Of a stretch of DNA of 64,000 nucleotides, positions 32,341 through 43,081 are shown in pieces. This stretch comes from Colwellia sp. GTDB lineage: Bacteria > Pseudomonadota > Gammaproteobacteria > Enterobacterales > Alteromonadaceae. Location of the stretch: NCBI GenBank assembly GCA_016765685.1, contig JAESPR010000125.1, forward strand, positions 11,844 to 75,843, written 5' to 3'. Every line of letters begins with the position of its first letter. Positions within the stretch are counted from its first letter, which is position 1. The notes beneath the pieces are model-generated. The model made no database searches and was not told where the DNA came from. It saw only the letters and a list, made by a program, of their open reading frames with translations. The translations under genes and the position numbers were made by a program.

Positions 32341-33243
32341 TTATAAAAGGCGTGGTTTCAGGAAATATTCTTTTAAATAATCGAGCAGCAAACGTAATTT
32401 TTTAGAGTCAGCATTACCCGGTGGAAAAACGCCATAAACATTAATATTCTTCAAAGTGTAATCATTAAGCACCGAGAGCAAAGTGCCATTTTTAATTTTT
32501 GGTTTCGCATCATAAACTGGAATTCTAGCTAAACCGTGACCGCCTTCAACAAAAGCTGTTCTCGCCGCAGCGTTATTGGTATTAATTGTTCCTTTCATTT
32601 CAATGTTAAAAGAACGTGTGCCTTTGGTTAGTTCAAGGGTATTAGATGTTAGTTTGTATAATACCCATTGATGTATATTTAATTCACTAGGATGTTTGGG
32701 AATACTAAATTTTTCGAAATAAGAAGGTGAGCCACACAGGCACGTTTCTAACGTTGTGAGTTTTGTTGCTTGCAGTCCAGAATCAGGCAGTGGCGCGCCA
32801 CGAATAGCTAAATCAATGCCTTCTTTCATAATGTTAACGACTTCATCGGTAAGCATTACATCAAGTTCAATTTTTGGGTAGAGTGTTCGAAATTCATTAA
32901 GTGCCGGTACAATGGTTTGTAGGCCAATATTTACGGGGCATGTGATTTTTAGCAAACCAACCGGTTCGTGTTTAAAGTTTTCTATCTGTTGGCTAGCGGC
33001 AGATGCTTGCTGGGCAATAACACGGCAATGCTGATAATACTCACTGCCGGCTTCAGTAAGTGAAATTGTTCTTGTGGTTCGATTAAGTAATTTTATCTCT
33101 AAGTGTGCTTCAAGTTTTTTTATATGATAGCTGACCACAGCTCGAGATAAACCAATATGCTTGGCTGCGCCACTTAATGTTCCCTGTTCAATGACTTGAG
33201 CAAAAATAACCATACTTTTTAATTGCTCGAATGAAATATTCAA
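32341..33243 (-). CDS. LysR family regulator (CrgA-like)
   Basis: N-terminal HTH, LLNRTTRTISLTEAG, EGIDLAIR. Confidence 0.92.
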   Translation of the reverse strand: MNISFEQLKSMVIFAQVIEQGTLSGAAKHIGLSRAVVSYHIKKLEAHLEIKLLNRTTRTISLTEAGSEYYQHCRVIAQQASAASQQIENFKHEPVGLLKITCPVNIGLQTIVPALNEFRTLYPKIELDVMLTDEVVNIMKEGIDLAIRGAPLPDSGLQATKLTTLETCLCGSPSYFEKFSIPKHPSELNIHQWVLYKLTSNTLELTKGTRSFNIEMKGTINTNNAAARTAFVEGGHGLARIPVYDAKPKIKNGTLLSVLNDYTLKNINVYGVFPPGNADSKKLRLLLDYLKEYFLKPRLL

Positions 33244-33275
33244 ACTTTAACTCCACTCACGCTTTTCTATTCATT

Positions 33276-33292
33276 GTATCATTTATTGATAC
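33276..33292. promoter_or_regulatory. putative LysR binding palindrome
   Basis: GTATCA-TTTAT-TGATAC between the divergent LysR and DJ-1 genes. Confidence 0.55.
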
Positions 33293-33384
33293 TAAGTTGT
33301 CAATTACATCTGCATTGTTTAATAACATTAGCTTGGGTAAACTTAACTTAAATAACAACATTGAAAACAGAAAGGTCTACAAAA

Positions 33385-34074
33385 ATGAATGCAAAAAAAA
33401 TATTAATGGTTTTAACATCACACGCTGATTTAGGTGCTACCGGAGAAAAAACGGGTTTTTGGGTGGAAGAATTTGCTGCACCCTATTATATATTTAAAGA
33501 TAATGGTATAGAAATCACAATTGCTTCACCACTAGGAGGTCAACCGCCTATCGATCCTAAAAGTGAATTAGAGGACTTTCAAACAACCGCAACCGCTCGT
33601 TATGATGATGATGCTGAGATTCAAAAGCTTATAGCTAACACGCATGTTTTAGCTGAAATTAATGTCAATGACTTTGATGCTGTATTCTACCCAGGAGGAC
33701 ATGGTCCTTTATGGGATTTAACAGAAAATAGTGACTCAATTCAACTTATCGAGAATTTTCTTGAGGCTAAAAAGCCTGTTGCTACCGTGTGCCATGCTAC
33801 TGCAGCTTTGTTAAATGTTAAAGATAGTTCAGGTAACTATGCCATTCATGGTAAAGCGATATCTGGTTTTACTAATAGTGAAGAAGATGCGGTGCAACTA
33901 ACTAATATTGTACCTTTTTTACTTGAAGATGAATTAGTTAAACGGGGTGCTAACTATCAAAAATCTGAGGACTGGAGTTCTTTTGCGGTTCAAGATGGCT
34001 TGATTATTTCAGGACAAAACCCAGCAAGTTCAGCATTAGTCGCGCAAAAATTACTTGAGCAATTAAACCCCTAA
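33385..34074 (+). CDS. DJ-1/PfpI (Hsp31-like, type 1 glutamine amidotransferase-like) protein
   Basis: VLTSH, TGFWVEEFAAPYY, YPGGHGP, VCH, GQNPASS. Confidence 0.9.
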   Translation: MNAKKILMVLTSHADLGATGEKTGFWVEEFAAPYYIFKDNGIEITIASPLGGQPPIDPKSELEDFQTTATARYDDDAEIQKLIANTHVLAEINVNDFDAVFYPGGHGPLWDLTENSDSIQLIENFLEAKKPVATVCHATAALLNVKDSSGNYAIHGKAISGFTNSEEDAVQLTNIVPFLLEDELVKRGANYQKSEDWSSFAVQDGLIISGQNPASSALVAQKLLEQLNP

Positions 34075-34129
34075 TTTGTTGGAAAAACATATTGACCCCG
34101 CAGTCTGTGCACGGGGTTATTTTCAATTA

Positions 34130-35077
34130 TTAGTTGTCAACCATCTCACTGTGATACAGGTGTTCAAAAGCTGCAATTATTTGCGGGATTAATTTTTCAA
34201 TCACTGCAATGTGTTTATTTTTTTGTAGATAACGTGCATAAAGAATTTTGTGTATGCCCGCCTCACCTATGTGTTTTGTTTGCACTAAAGATTGCTTAGC
34301 TAAACTATTCACTAGCCAGTCGGGTAAGGTAGCAATGCCCATATCTGCTGCTACCATTTGTAAAATCATATGACTGTTCGCTACTTGTTTAATAACTTTG
34401 AAAGTGTGGCTTATCTTTTCTTTACTCGTTTTTTGTTTGTTTGTTGCTTCTTTGTTCAGAAATAACTTAAAAATGTCTAGCGACTCTATTTTTACTGGAT
34501 AGGTTAACAAGGTTTGTTGATTAAAGTCAGTCGCTTTTACAAATGATTTATTAGTTAAATTATTATGTTTTGCTAGTACCGTAAGCACTTCAAATTGTCC
34601 TATTGCATGATATATATAGTCATCACCTTTCTGTTTTTCATCGGTAAACAGTACATCAATTGTACTGTTGGCTTGCTCATGTTGATTGGAGAATACTTGC
34701 TCTAAAAAGTTAAGTTTTAACTCAGGAAATTCTCGATAGAATTGCTCGGTAAGTGGCAACAACCATTGAAAACAAGCATGGCATTCAATAGCTAAGTTCA
34801 GCGTCCCTTTATTTTTGTTAATAGCGGCTAATTGTTTTAGGCTAACGTCGATTTTGGGTAAAACCTCATTAGCAAGCTGTAATAGTATTTGCCCTTGTTC
34901 AGTAAATTGCATTGGTGAAGTATTACGAATAAATAACGGTTTATTTAATCGTTGCTCTAAATCTTTTATTTGATGAGAAAGTGCCGATTGACTGGTAAAA
35001 AGTGCTTCTGCTGTTTTTCTCATATTGCCAGTTATATTTAGGCTTGCCAGTGTTTTTAGGTGCTTGATTTCAAACAT
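34130..35077 (-). CDS. metR: LysR family regulator MetR
   Basis: EIKHLKTL, SALSHQIKDLE, IECHACFQWL; divergent from metE. Confidence 0.9.
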   Translation of the reverse strand: MFEIKHLKTLASLNITGNMRKTAEALFTSQSALSHQIKDLEQRLNKPLFIRNTSPMQFTEQGQILLQLANEVLPKIDVSLKQLAAINKNKGTLNLAIECHACFQWLLPLTEQFYREFPELKLNFLEQVFSNQHEQANSTIDVLFTDEKQKGDDYIYHAIGQFEVLTVLAKHNNLTNKSFVKATDFNQQTLLTYPVKIESLDIFKLFLNKEATNKQKTSKEKISHTFKVIKQVANSHMILQMVAADMGIATLPDWLVNSLAKQSLVQTKHIGEAGIHKILYARYLQKNKHIAVIEKLIPQIIAAFEHLYHSEMVDN

Positions 35078-35079
35078 AA

Positions 35080-35092
35080 TGAAATTCCTTCA
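35080..35092. promoter_or_regulatory. MetR binding site
   Basis: TGAA-ATTCC-TTCA matches TGAA-N5-TTCA in the metR-metE spacer. Confidence 0.7.
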
Positions 35093-35154
35093 TGTCCTTG
35101 TTGAATTTTTTGCGCTTGTGCTAATTAGCGATCTTTTTTAAAGTATAACCATTC

Positions 35155-35170
35155 AAACGTCTAGACGCCT
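35155..35170. promoter_or_regulatory. tandem Met boxes (MetJ)
   Basis: AAACGTCT-AGACGCCT, each 7/8 to AGACGTCT. Confidence 0.8.
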
Positions 35171-35225
35171 ACTTGTTTTTTCGTTTTATATTTAACACAA
35201 GTCATCAATTCAATTGGAGCAGGTT

Positions 35226-37511
35226 ATGCAAATTCACAATTTAGGTTTTCCGCGCATCGGCGCAAAGCGAGAATTAAAATTTTCATTAGAAAAGTACTGG
35301 CGTGGTGAGCTTAGCCAAGCTGAATTTTTGGCACAGAGCAGGGAACGCCGAGACTCTAATTGGCAAATTCAGCAAACTGCGGGCATTGATATATTGCCAG
35401 TGGGTGACTTTGCCCATTATGATCACGTGCTTAATACCACGGTGATACTTGGGCTTGTTCCTGAACGCTTTACTGCCCAGCAACATAGTGAGCACAATAA
35501 TGCGCTTGATTTAGAGTTTCGCGTTGCTCGTGGTCAAGCGCCAACGGGATGTCAGTGCGCCGCGAGCGATATGACCAAGTGGTTCAATACCAATTACCAC
35601 TACATTGTGCCCGAGTTATCATCGGCATTAGTTGAAAATGTAAAGGCTGAAGTTAAACTAGCGCCATTATTAGTTCAGTTCAATGATGCACAAAAATTTT
35701 CAGACCATCGCAAAGTCGTGCTCATTGGTCCAATAACCTATTTGCACTTAAGTGTGGTTGAAAACGAAGATAAATTAGCCTTGTTGCCTGCCTTGTTAAA
35801 GCGCTATCAGCAGGTTTTGAATCAATTATCAGCCGCAGGAGTACAATGGGTACAAATTGATGAACCTGTGTTGGGTTTGGAATTGAATAAAGAGTGGCGA
35901 CAAGCGTTTGCTCAGGTTTATGAAACCTTAACAAAAGGCTCTTTAAAATTGCTGCTAACTACCTACTTTGCTGCAATTGATCACCATGTTGATTTAATTA
36001 AAGACTTACCTTTTGATGGTATTCATATCGACACTATTGCGGAGCCAACCAATGTTAATAATATTATTGAACGCTTACCCAAGCACTGGATTATTTCATT
36101 GGGGGTGATTGATGGCCGTAATATTTGGAAAGCCGATTTGGTCTGTATTTATCAAAAGCTGCAACCCTTATATCGTCAATTAGGTCAACGGTTGTGGTTA
36201 GCGCCTTCGTGTTCTCTATTGCACTCTCCTGTTGATTTAGAATCAGAGCAAAAGCTAGATCAAGAGTTTAAATCGTGGTTAGCATTTGCGACCCAAAAAT
36301 GTCAGGAACTCAGCTTATTGAAGCAGGCATTATTAACTGAAAATAGTGATGAAATTACGCTATATTCTAACGCAGCTTTAGCTCGGTGTGTGTCTACACG
36401 AATTAATAATCCTGAAGTTCAGCAGCGTGTTAACGGATTAACCGCACCAGATTATCACCGTAAAGAAACTTTTGAACAGCGTAAACAAGTGCAGCAACAA
36501 GTATTGAATTTGCCATTATTGCCAACCACGACCATAGGATCATTTCCACAAACGGGTGATATTCGTGAAGTACGCGCGAAATGGCGTCGACAAGAAATTA
36601 ATGAACATGAATATCAAAATTTAATCAAAGCTGAAATTAAAGGTGTTATTGAACGCCAAGAAGCAATTGGCTTAGATGTGTTAGTGCATGGTGAAGCTGA
36701 GCGTAATGACATGGTGGAATACTTTGGTGAACTACTTGAAGGGGTCGCGTTTACTCAATTTGCTTGGGTACAAAGTTACGGCTCACGTTGTGTTAAACCA
36801 CCTATTATTTTTGGCGATATTAGCCGTAAAAAACCAATGACGGTTGAGTGGATCAAATACGCACAGTCATTAACAGACAAGCCGGTAAAAGCGATGTTAA
36901 CTGGGCCGGTGACCATTTTAGCTTGGTCGTTTGTGCGCGACGATTTAGCACGCGAGCAAGTCGCTAAGCAAATTGCCTTAGCAATCAGTGATGAAGTGGG
37001 CGATTTGATTGCTGGCGGTACAAAAATCATTCAAATAGATGAACCCGCAATTCGTGAAGGGTTACCAGTTAAACAAAGTCAATGGCAATATTATTTAGAT
37101 TGGGCAACGTCTTCATTTTGTTTATCTGCGGCAAAGGCTTCGGCGAACATACAAATTCATACTCATATGTGTTATTCAGAGTTTAATGACATATTGCCAG
37201 CGATTATTGCGCTAGATGCAGATGTATTAACGGTAGAAACGGCTCGCTCAAATATGGCGCTGCTTGATGCTTTCGAGCAACAGCCTTACCCTAATGATTT
37301 AGGGCCCGGTGTTTATGATATTCACTCGCCGAATGTGCCGAGTGTTAACTGGATGGTAAGCTTATTAGAAAAAGCGCAACATTACATTCCACTTGAAAGG
37401 TTGTGGGTTAACCCTGACTGCGGCTTGAAAACCCGTGGTTGGCATGAAACTAAGCTAGCACTAGAAAACATGGTACTTGCGGCGAAGCAGCTGAGGAACA
37501 AATTTAATTAG
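35226..37511 (+). CDS. metE: cobalamin-independent methionine synthase
   Basis: [45 protein letters not shown]. Confidence 0.97.
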   Translation: MQIHNLGFPRIGAKRELKFSLEKYWRGELSQAEFLAQSRERRDSNWQIQQTAGIDILPVGDFAHYDHVLNTTVILGLVPERFTAQQHSEHNNALDLEFRVARGQAPTGCQCAASDMTKWFNTNYHYIVPELSSALVENVKAEVKLAPLLVQFNDAQKFSDHRKVVLIGPITYLHLSVVENEDKLALLPALLKRYQQVLNQLSAAGVQWVQIDEPVLGLELNKEWRQAFAQVYETLTKGSLKLLLTTYFAAIDHHVDLIKDLPFDGIHIDTIAEPTNVNNIIERLPKHWIISLGVIDGRNIWKADLVCIYQKLQPLYRQLGQRLWLAPSCSLLHSPVDLESEQKLDQEFKSWLAFATQKCQELSLLKQALLTENSDEITLYSNAALARCVSTRINNPEVQQRVNGLTAPDYHRKETFEQRKQVQQQVLNLPLLPTTTIGSFPQTGDIREVRAKWRRQEINEHEYQNLIKAEIKGVIERQEAIGLDVLVHGEAERNDMVEYFGELLEGVAFTQFAWVQSYGSRCVKPPIIFGDISRKKPMTVEWIKYAQSLTDKPVKAMLTGPVTILAWSFVRDDLAREQVAKQIALAISDEVGDLIAGGTKIIQIDEPAIREGLPVKQSQWQYYLDWATSSFCLSAAKASANIQIHTHMCYSEFNDILPAIIALDADVLTVETARSNMALLDAFEQQPYPNDLGPGVYDIHSPNVPSVNWMVSLLEKAQHYIPLERLWVNPDCGLKTRGWHETKLALENMVLAAKQLRNKFN

Positions 37512-37519
37512 CAAAAAAT

Positions 37520-37549
37520 AAGGCACTATTTTTTCAATAGTGCCTTTTT
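37520..37549 (+). terminator. intrinsic terminator
   Basis: AAGGCACTATT-TTTTC-AATAGTGCCTTTTT. Confidence 0.8.
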
Positions 37550-37606
37550 GTTTGGTGATTCATCATCGTTTGAAACTTGAAAATTCGCTTACTCGTAGCT
37601 TAACGC

Positions 37607-38071
37607 TTATTCATCAAAAGAAAACTCTATATAAGCTTTACCGTGCTCTCCTTTGAGGGAAATTATTACGACTGGGCCTTTTGATTTATGATGGATAGTG
37701 TGTGATTTACCTGATACGACAATTGGCGTGGCCATATCAAACTCTATCCCTTTTTCACTGAGCAGACGTTTTGCTCCGCCGGTGACCATATTGGTTATTT
37801 CACCCACTAAATCAGTGATTTCTTCATTTACTTCATCAGGTGCTTCACCAACCATACCTTTCATAGTCGCAAGGGCTAATGGGGCATCAAAAGTGATAGA
37901 CAAAGAGCCTTTAGTTTCAGGGCTAACCATACCGATTAAGCCAGAAACATCGCCCATAGCCACTTCATTTTTTTTTAATTTAGGTTTTTCTGGTATTAAT
38001 TCCATTTGTGCCATGGTTGACATGACGTTTAGCATTGATGATAAAAATGGATTTATGAACTCTACTCTCAT
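37607..38071 (-). CDS. cheX: chemotaxis phosphatase CheX
   Basis: EFINPF, GDVSGLIGM, GEITNMVTGGAK (ExxN), FDMATP. Confidence 0.92.
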   Translation of the reverse strand: MRVEFINPFLSSMLNVMSTMAQMELIPEKPKLKKNEVAMGDVSGLIGMVSPETKGSLSITFDAPLALATMKGMVGEAPDEVNEEITDLVGEITNMVTGGAKRLLSEKGIEFDMATPIVVSGKSHTIHHKSKGPVVIISLKGEHGKAYIEFSFDE

Positions 38072-38168
38072 GAAGCCTTCCGAGCCTTAGCTAATTGCAA
38101 TACTTTGATTTTGCACATTTCTGTAGCAAATGTAAATCAAACTGTGTTAATTATTTATTATTAATATT

Positions 38169-38489
38169 CTATTCACTAGCCGCTATGATCGCAACTTTTA
38201 GTGATTGGTCAAAAGTTAAACTACCTTGAACTTTACCTGTTGAGTATAAACTTTGGTAGTTTACTATGTTCACTGGTTTAACCTAAGTATCGACGAGGAT
38301 TGTGTTTTTTACCACTAAATTAGCTAAATAATTTTTAGCGCTACTTTTTTGGTAAGCAAAAAGTTGGCCTCTTTTAATTTCTAAGCCAAGCCAATTCATG
38401 TTAACCACTTTATTGTTGTGTTCGAAAACAAAGTGTTTTTCAATATAAGCTCGGATGAATTCACCGTACTGAGGGTGTTCAGGTGAAAA
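38169..38489 (-). pseudogene. 5'-truncated gene remnant with an internal stop (DUF6702-like)
   Basis: FSPEHPQYGEFIRAYIEKHF..NWLGLEIKRG..VKNTILVDT*VKPVNIVNYQ..GSLTFDQ; no start codon; family assignment from recall. Confidence 0.55.
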
Positions 38490-38495
38490 CTGAAA

Positions 38496-38930
38496 TTAAT
38501 GACAGGCCTTACAATGTCCATGTGCTTCGACAATTTGGTGGCTGATAGTAAAGCCATTAGCATCAGCCATCGAACGTAATGCTAAATCAAAATTGTTCGA
38601 TTGAATTTCTTCAACATGACCGCATTTATCACAAATAAGCAGTTGTACCGGATGATTACAATCACTAAAGTGGTGACACATCACAAAAGCATTAATAGAT
38701 TCAATTTTATGAACAAAACCTTGTTTTGATAAAAAATCTAACGCGCGATAGATAGTCGCAGGTTTTGCTGCGGAATCTACCTCTTTCAGTTGTGCTAATA
38801 AATCATACGCGCCAACGGCACCTTCATGCTTGGCCAGCAGTAAAAATACTTGCTCACGTGCTTTCGTTAAACGAGCGCCTTTTTTTTTGCAAGCTTGTTG
38901 CGCTTGCGCTAATAAATTTTCGACAGACAT
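38496..38930 (-). CDS. zur: zinc uptake regulator (Fur family)
   Basis: GARLT..R, AYDLL, PATIYRALDFL, HKIESINAFV, CxxC and C-terminal HGHCKAC. Confidence 0.9.
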   Translation of the reverse strand: MSVENLLAQAQQACKKKGARLTKAREQVFLLLAKHEGAVGAYDLLAQLKEVDSAAKPATIYRALDFLSKQGFVHKIESINAFVMCHHFSDCNHPVQLLICDKCGHVEEIQSNNFDLALRSMADANGFTISHQIVEAHGHCKACH

Positions 38931-39025
38931 AATAGTTAAACTAGTGAGTTTTTTTCAGTTTAACACAGTAACTTAAGCCGTCTATAGATTAAGGGATAAC
39001 TCTAGGATATCTTAATGAAAAAATT

Positions 39026-39054
39026 TGTAACCTTTTTCCAATGTAAAAAGTCTT
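39026..39054 (+). promoter_or_regulatory. putative autoregulatory ECF promoter
   Basis: TGTAACCTTTTT..AAAGTCT upstream of the second ECF gene; resembles 28494-28521. Confidence 0.45.
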
Positions 39055-39083
39055 TATTATTAACAACAAGAAAAAACAGTTAA

Positions 39084-39668
39084 GTGTTTATGAGAAAAAA
39101 TTCAGGATTTAACCAAATTGTCTCAAAGGATCTCATCTTGCTAGCACAGCAAGGTGATATTGATGCATTTGAAAAGATCTATCGCTTATTTGCTGATGCA
39201 AGTTATGCATTAGCATTTCGAATTTGCAGTCAGCATAGTGTAGCTGAAGATGTGGTACATGATGCCTTTATTAAAATAATGAACAATGTTAATAAGTTTC
39301 GTAACGATGGCTCCTTTTCGGGCTGGTGTCGACGGATTGTCACTTATGAGGCACTTGATCGATTAAAAAAATCTCATCGAGTCCACCTAGTTAATGAAGA
39401 TGATTTAATTGATGGTGAAGAATTGGAATTATTCCAGCAAGATTGGCTTGATGCTGTTATTGATCTTGACAAGTTGCTTCAACAATTATCGCCAAATTAC
39501 AGAGCTGTTTTTATACTTCATGAACTTGAAGGTTATAACCATAAAGAGATCGCACAATTTTTTGAAAAGTCGGAAAGTTTTTCAAAAGTAACCTTAAATC
39601 GAGCTTACGCAAGCTTGAAAAAAATAGCCTTAAAGACAACTCAGGAGCTGCAATATGCACCTAACTAA
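39084..39668 (+). CDS. ECF RNA polymerase sigma factor
   Basis: QQGDIDAFEKIY, AEDVVHDAF, FRNDGSFSGW, RAVFILHELEGYNHKEIA. Confidence 0.92.
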   Translation: MFMRKNSGFNQIVSKDLILLAQQGDIDAFEKIYRLFADASYALAFRICSQHSVAEDVVHDAFIKIMNNVNKFRNDGSFSGWCRRIVTYEALDRLKKSHRVHLVNEDDLIDGEELELFQQDWLDAVIDLDKLLQQLSPNYRAVFILHELEGYNHKEIAQFFEKSESFSKVTLNRAYASLKKIALKTTQELQYAPN

Positions 39669-40242
39669 TGAACAGTTATTAGAATTAAATAAAGAAAGCA
39701 GAGAACACCTAATTCAGTGTGACAATTGTAGTATTCGCGCGAAAAATTTGTCGGCTATGCGCGGCAAGTTGCAAAACTTAGCTGAGCAAAAGCCAATGTC
39801 AGATAACTGGCAGCACATAAAAGCGAGTTATCAACATCAAAACTATGATCAACAAATGAATTTGGTTAATAAAAAAACCACTTTTTGGCGAAACATGACA
39901 GTCGCTATGGCTGCCTCGTTAGTACTGTTTATGGCGGGTCAAAACTATTTTCTTAATAGTCATCACCAACAAAATTTTGAACAAACAGCTGAATTAACTC
40001 GACTAATTGAATCAAATAACATCATACAAAGTTTGCTTGTTGCTCAATTTGAAGGTAACTCAGTGGATGCGATGAAAGTCGTAAATTTACAAATAGAGTT
40101 AGACATTATTGATAAAACATTGCAGCAAGCTTACTTGAAAAACATCAGTGATAAAGAGAAGACAGTGCTATGGCAACAACGCCAAGCGCTAATTCAGTCT
40201 TCGTTTACGGCAGATAAACAACCTAAGATTATGAAAATATGA
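39655..40242 (+). CDS. putative anti-sigma factor (ZAS-like HxxxCxxC, one TM helix)
   Basis: HLIQCDNC, TM segment VAMAASLVLF; overlaps both neighbours. Confidence 0.78.
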   Translation: MHLTNEQLLELNKESREHLIQCDNCSIRAKNLSAMRGKLQNLAEQKPMSDNWQHIKASYQHQNYDQQMNLVNKKTTFWRNMTVAMAASLVLFMAGQNYFLNSHHQQNFEQTAELTRLIESNNIIQSLLVAQFEGNSVDAMKVVNLQIELDIIDKTLQQAYLKNISDKEKTVLWQQRQALIQSSFTADKQPKIMKI

Positions 40243-43040
40243 TGAAATATATAGTAGTGATGTTGTGCTTAGTTATCCAAAACTTTGCTTATGCAAATCA
40301 AGCGATAATAAACATGCCATTATCTTCAAAATCGCAATTAGTTATCGAGCGTTTAAAAGATGATATTCGCCATGTTATGGAGAAAATTGCGCTGCTTGAA
40401 AGTAAGAATATAGCAAGTTTAGCTGAATTTTCTTATAAATTAGTACTAGCCGAGCATTACCAAGTAAGGCTAGGTTTAGTGCTTGAATTTAACAATAATT
40501 CAAATGCATTTCAGGTGTTATCTGTTTCGCCTAATAGCCTTGCAGCTAATGCTGGAATTAAGGTTGATGATAAAATATTTTCGGTAAACTTTGAACGTGT
40601 TGATAGTGATAATAGTGATAAAATCATACAGTCTTTACAGCAATTAGAAGTAGAAGAAGAGTTAATTTTAACTGCTAGTATTTCGGGCAAAAAGCAAGAA
40701 CTAACTATTCCTGTTATAGGGATTTTTGTACCTAAAGTTGATATTCAGTTCGGTTGCTGTATTTCGCAAAATAAATCTAAAGTCACTCAACACAAACAAG
40801 TTAAACCTAACGTAAATTATACTGCTAGAACAAAGCAGTTAATAAACAAACTAGCGCTGAAAATTCAATCCACTGTTGCTGCTATCGCGGAATATGAAAA
40901 AGAAGAGGGAAAAAGTGATAACAATATTAATTATCGAATATTTATTCCGGCAACGAATAGAAGCAATTTAGGATTATCAATAAATATTGATAATATTTCT
41001 CAGGGGATCGTCGTGCAATCAGTAGAGCATGGCAGTGTTGCTGAACAAGTAAATATTGTTCCAAACGATATTATTGTTGAAGTAAATAATTTGTGGGCAA
41101 ATGAAGAGAATAAGCAAGAAATTATTAATAAATTACAGTCACTTAAGTCCGGAGATAATATACTGCTTTCTATTCAGCAGCATGGTGAGACTAAAAAGTT
41201 ATCTCTTGAGATACAAGAGCAACACTTTCCTGAAGTTAATATCAATGTTGGTTCATTTTCAAACCAGCAAAACTATCTGCAAGCATTATTAGGTGACGAA
41301 AGTAAAATACCTGCGCCTTTTAGAGGTGAGAATAACTTATCAACTTTAACCATTAATTACCGCAGTTTGGATCAATTGTTAGCGTTGGCTGTATTTGACA
41401 TGGGACGCTCAGATCGAAGTAAGGCTAAAGTAGTTAGAGCAAGTATGGGAACTCGTTTAAGATCAACCCAAAGACGACTAACATCACTTGAAGGTAATCG
41501 TTTTTATTTTGAAGCTTTTAAAACGCCACTTAATAGGCAAGTTTTACATAAGATTAAAACCGATTTAGAGCTGTTACCTAATAGCACAGCTTTATATAAA
41601 TTTTCGAAAAAAGAGCAGCTAGCTTACTGGTTAAATTTGTATAACGTGACTTTATTAGATGAGTTAGTTGCTATTTATCCAAAGAAAAATTTAGCGTCTT
41701 TGTTTGAAGGTGATAATGCTTTAGTTAATCGAAAAATTTTGAAGGTTAATAATGTTTCTTTAAGTCTAAATGATATTAAAAATGTTATTTTGAAAGAAAA
41801 ATACCACCATGATCCCGATATTCTTTATGGTTTATACCAAGGTGTTATTGGTGGGCCAAATATAAGAGAACAAGCTTATACTGGCGAAAATGTTTATAAC
41901 GCATTAGCCAAAAATGCTGAAGAATTTGTTAACTCTAATCGGGGCACTTATAGAAAAAATAATAGTACCTTTTTAATTTCGAGTTTATATGCAAAAAATG
42001 CTAGTTATTTTCCTAATTTTCAAGAAGATGTAACGGCTCATATATTAAAACACCTTGAAGGTTATTATCGTTCACAATTACTGGGTGCATCAGAGGTCAA
42101 AGCTACGATCAGTAATTGGCATATTAACGATGTTTACGGAACTATACGCAACTTTGGTGGCGGTAATAATACTAATAGTGCCGCTTTGTTGGGAGCGGTT
42201 AACAACCGTTACGTGAATATAGTTTTAGATAACGCGGCACTCAATGGTCAGCTAGGTTTGGTTTCTCCTCAAGGTCAGCAGCTGATAGAGCAACTATATG
42301 ATAAACATATACAAACGACTAGTTATGTTACGGTTACTGACCTTGAGTCAAATTCAGCTAAAACAACACAGAACAAAAAAACTGCCGCTTGTTTAACGAA
42401 AAAATGTAAGCAGTTATTTGAAAGTTTCGATGTGCTTGCTAAACGTGATCAATGGGCATCTTATTATGTCAGTTTATTGCACTTTAACGGTGTTGGCACT
42501 AAACAAAGTACCGAGCGGGCATTATTTCGCTTAAATAAAGTATTAAACCGGGATTGGAAAACCTTTAAGTTTTATTATAGCGAGAGTCAAAACATTTATG
42601 CAAAAACCTACTATCAACTTGGTTACATCTATTTAATTGAAGATAGATACCGCGATGTTAACAAAGCTATTAGTAATCTAACAAAGGCAAGCGAATTCGG
42701 TGATTTCAAGGCAGCACTATTACTCGGCCTGATTTACTTAACCGATGACTACCAGACACAAAATTCAAACTTAGCCAAACATTGGTTGGGGCAGTCGGTG
42801 AGCGAAATGCCACAAAGCTATAATTTTCTGCTTTCTTCATACGGTATTGATAGTTCATTTCCAAACAAGGGTTTTGATTGGCAAATAGAGCAATTAAAGC
42901 AAACGTTAGCCGAGCAAGAAGTGATGAATGCAGAGTTAACTGAGTTGTTTTCTTCGCAAAAAAACATTGAAAATATGCAGGCTATTTTACCCAAAATTAG
43001 AAGTGCTCGACGTAGAGGACGTAGAAGTGGAGGAAAATAA
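40239..43040 (+). CDS. exported multidomain protein: PDZ-PDZ-DUF547-Sel1-like repeats
   Basis: Signal peptide; two LGL..V.SV..S.A....I...D.I..VN PDZ modules; EQLAYWLNLYN (DUF547); Sel1-like GVGTKQSTERA and AYE-type helices (YQLGYIYL..RDVNKAISNLTKAS, LLLGLIYL..AKHWL). Confidence 0.8.
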   Translation: MMKYIVVMLCLVIQNFAYANQAIINMPLSSKSQLVIERLKDDIRHVMEKIALLESKNIASLAEFSYKLVLAEHYQVRLGLVLEFNNNSNAFQVLSVSPNSLAANAGIKVDDKIFSVNFERVDSDNSDKIIQSLQQLEVEEELILTASISGKKQELTIPVIGIFVPKVDIQFGCCISQNKSKVTQHKQVKPNVNYTARTKQLINKLALKIQSTVAAIAEYEKEEGKSDNNINYRIFIPATNRSNLGLSINIDNISQGIVVQSVEHGSVAEQVNIVPNDIIVEVNNLWANEENKQEIINKLQSLKSGDNILLSIQQHGETKKLSLEIQEQHFPEVNINVGSFSNQQNYLQALLGDESKIPAPFRGENNLSTLTINYRSLDQLLALAVFDMGRSDRSKAKVVRASMGTRLRSTQRRLTSLEGNRFYFEAFKTPLNRQVLHKIKTDLELLPNSTALYKFSKKEQLAYWLNLYNVTLLDELVAIYPKKNLASLFEGDNALVNRKILKVNNVSLSLNDIKNVILKEKYHHDPDILYGLYQGVIGGPNIREQAYTGENVYNALAKNAEEFVNSNRGTYRKNNSTFLISSLYAKNASYFPNFQEDVTAHILKHLEGYYRSQLLGASEVKATISNWHINDVYGTIRNFGGGNNTNSAALLGAVNNRYVNIVLDNAALNGQLGLVSPQGQQLIEQLYDKHIQTTSYVTVTDLESNSAKTTQNKKTAACLTKKCKQLFESFDVLAKRDQWASYYVSLLHFNGVGTKQSTERALFRLNKVLNRDWKTFKFYYSESQNIYAKTYYQLGYIYLIEDRYRDVNKAISNLTKASEFGDFKAALLLGLIYLTDDYQTQNSNLAKHWLGQSVSEMPQSYNFLLSSYGIDSSFPNKGFDWQIEQLKQTLAEQEVMNAELTELFSSQKNIENMQAILPKIRSARRRGRRSGGK

Positions 43041-43081
43041 TAGGAATATGTACAAGTACTAACAAATTAACGGAGTAAAAT

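Noticed and set aside
35093-35225. Cobalamin or SAM riboswitch upstream of metE
   Set aside because: The spacer is short and explained by MetR and MetJ sites; no riboswitch core motifs seen.
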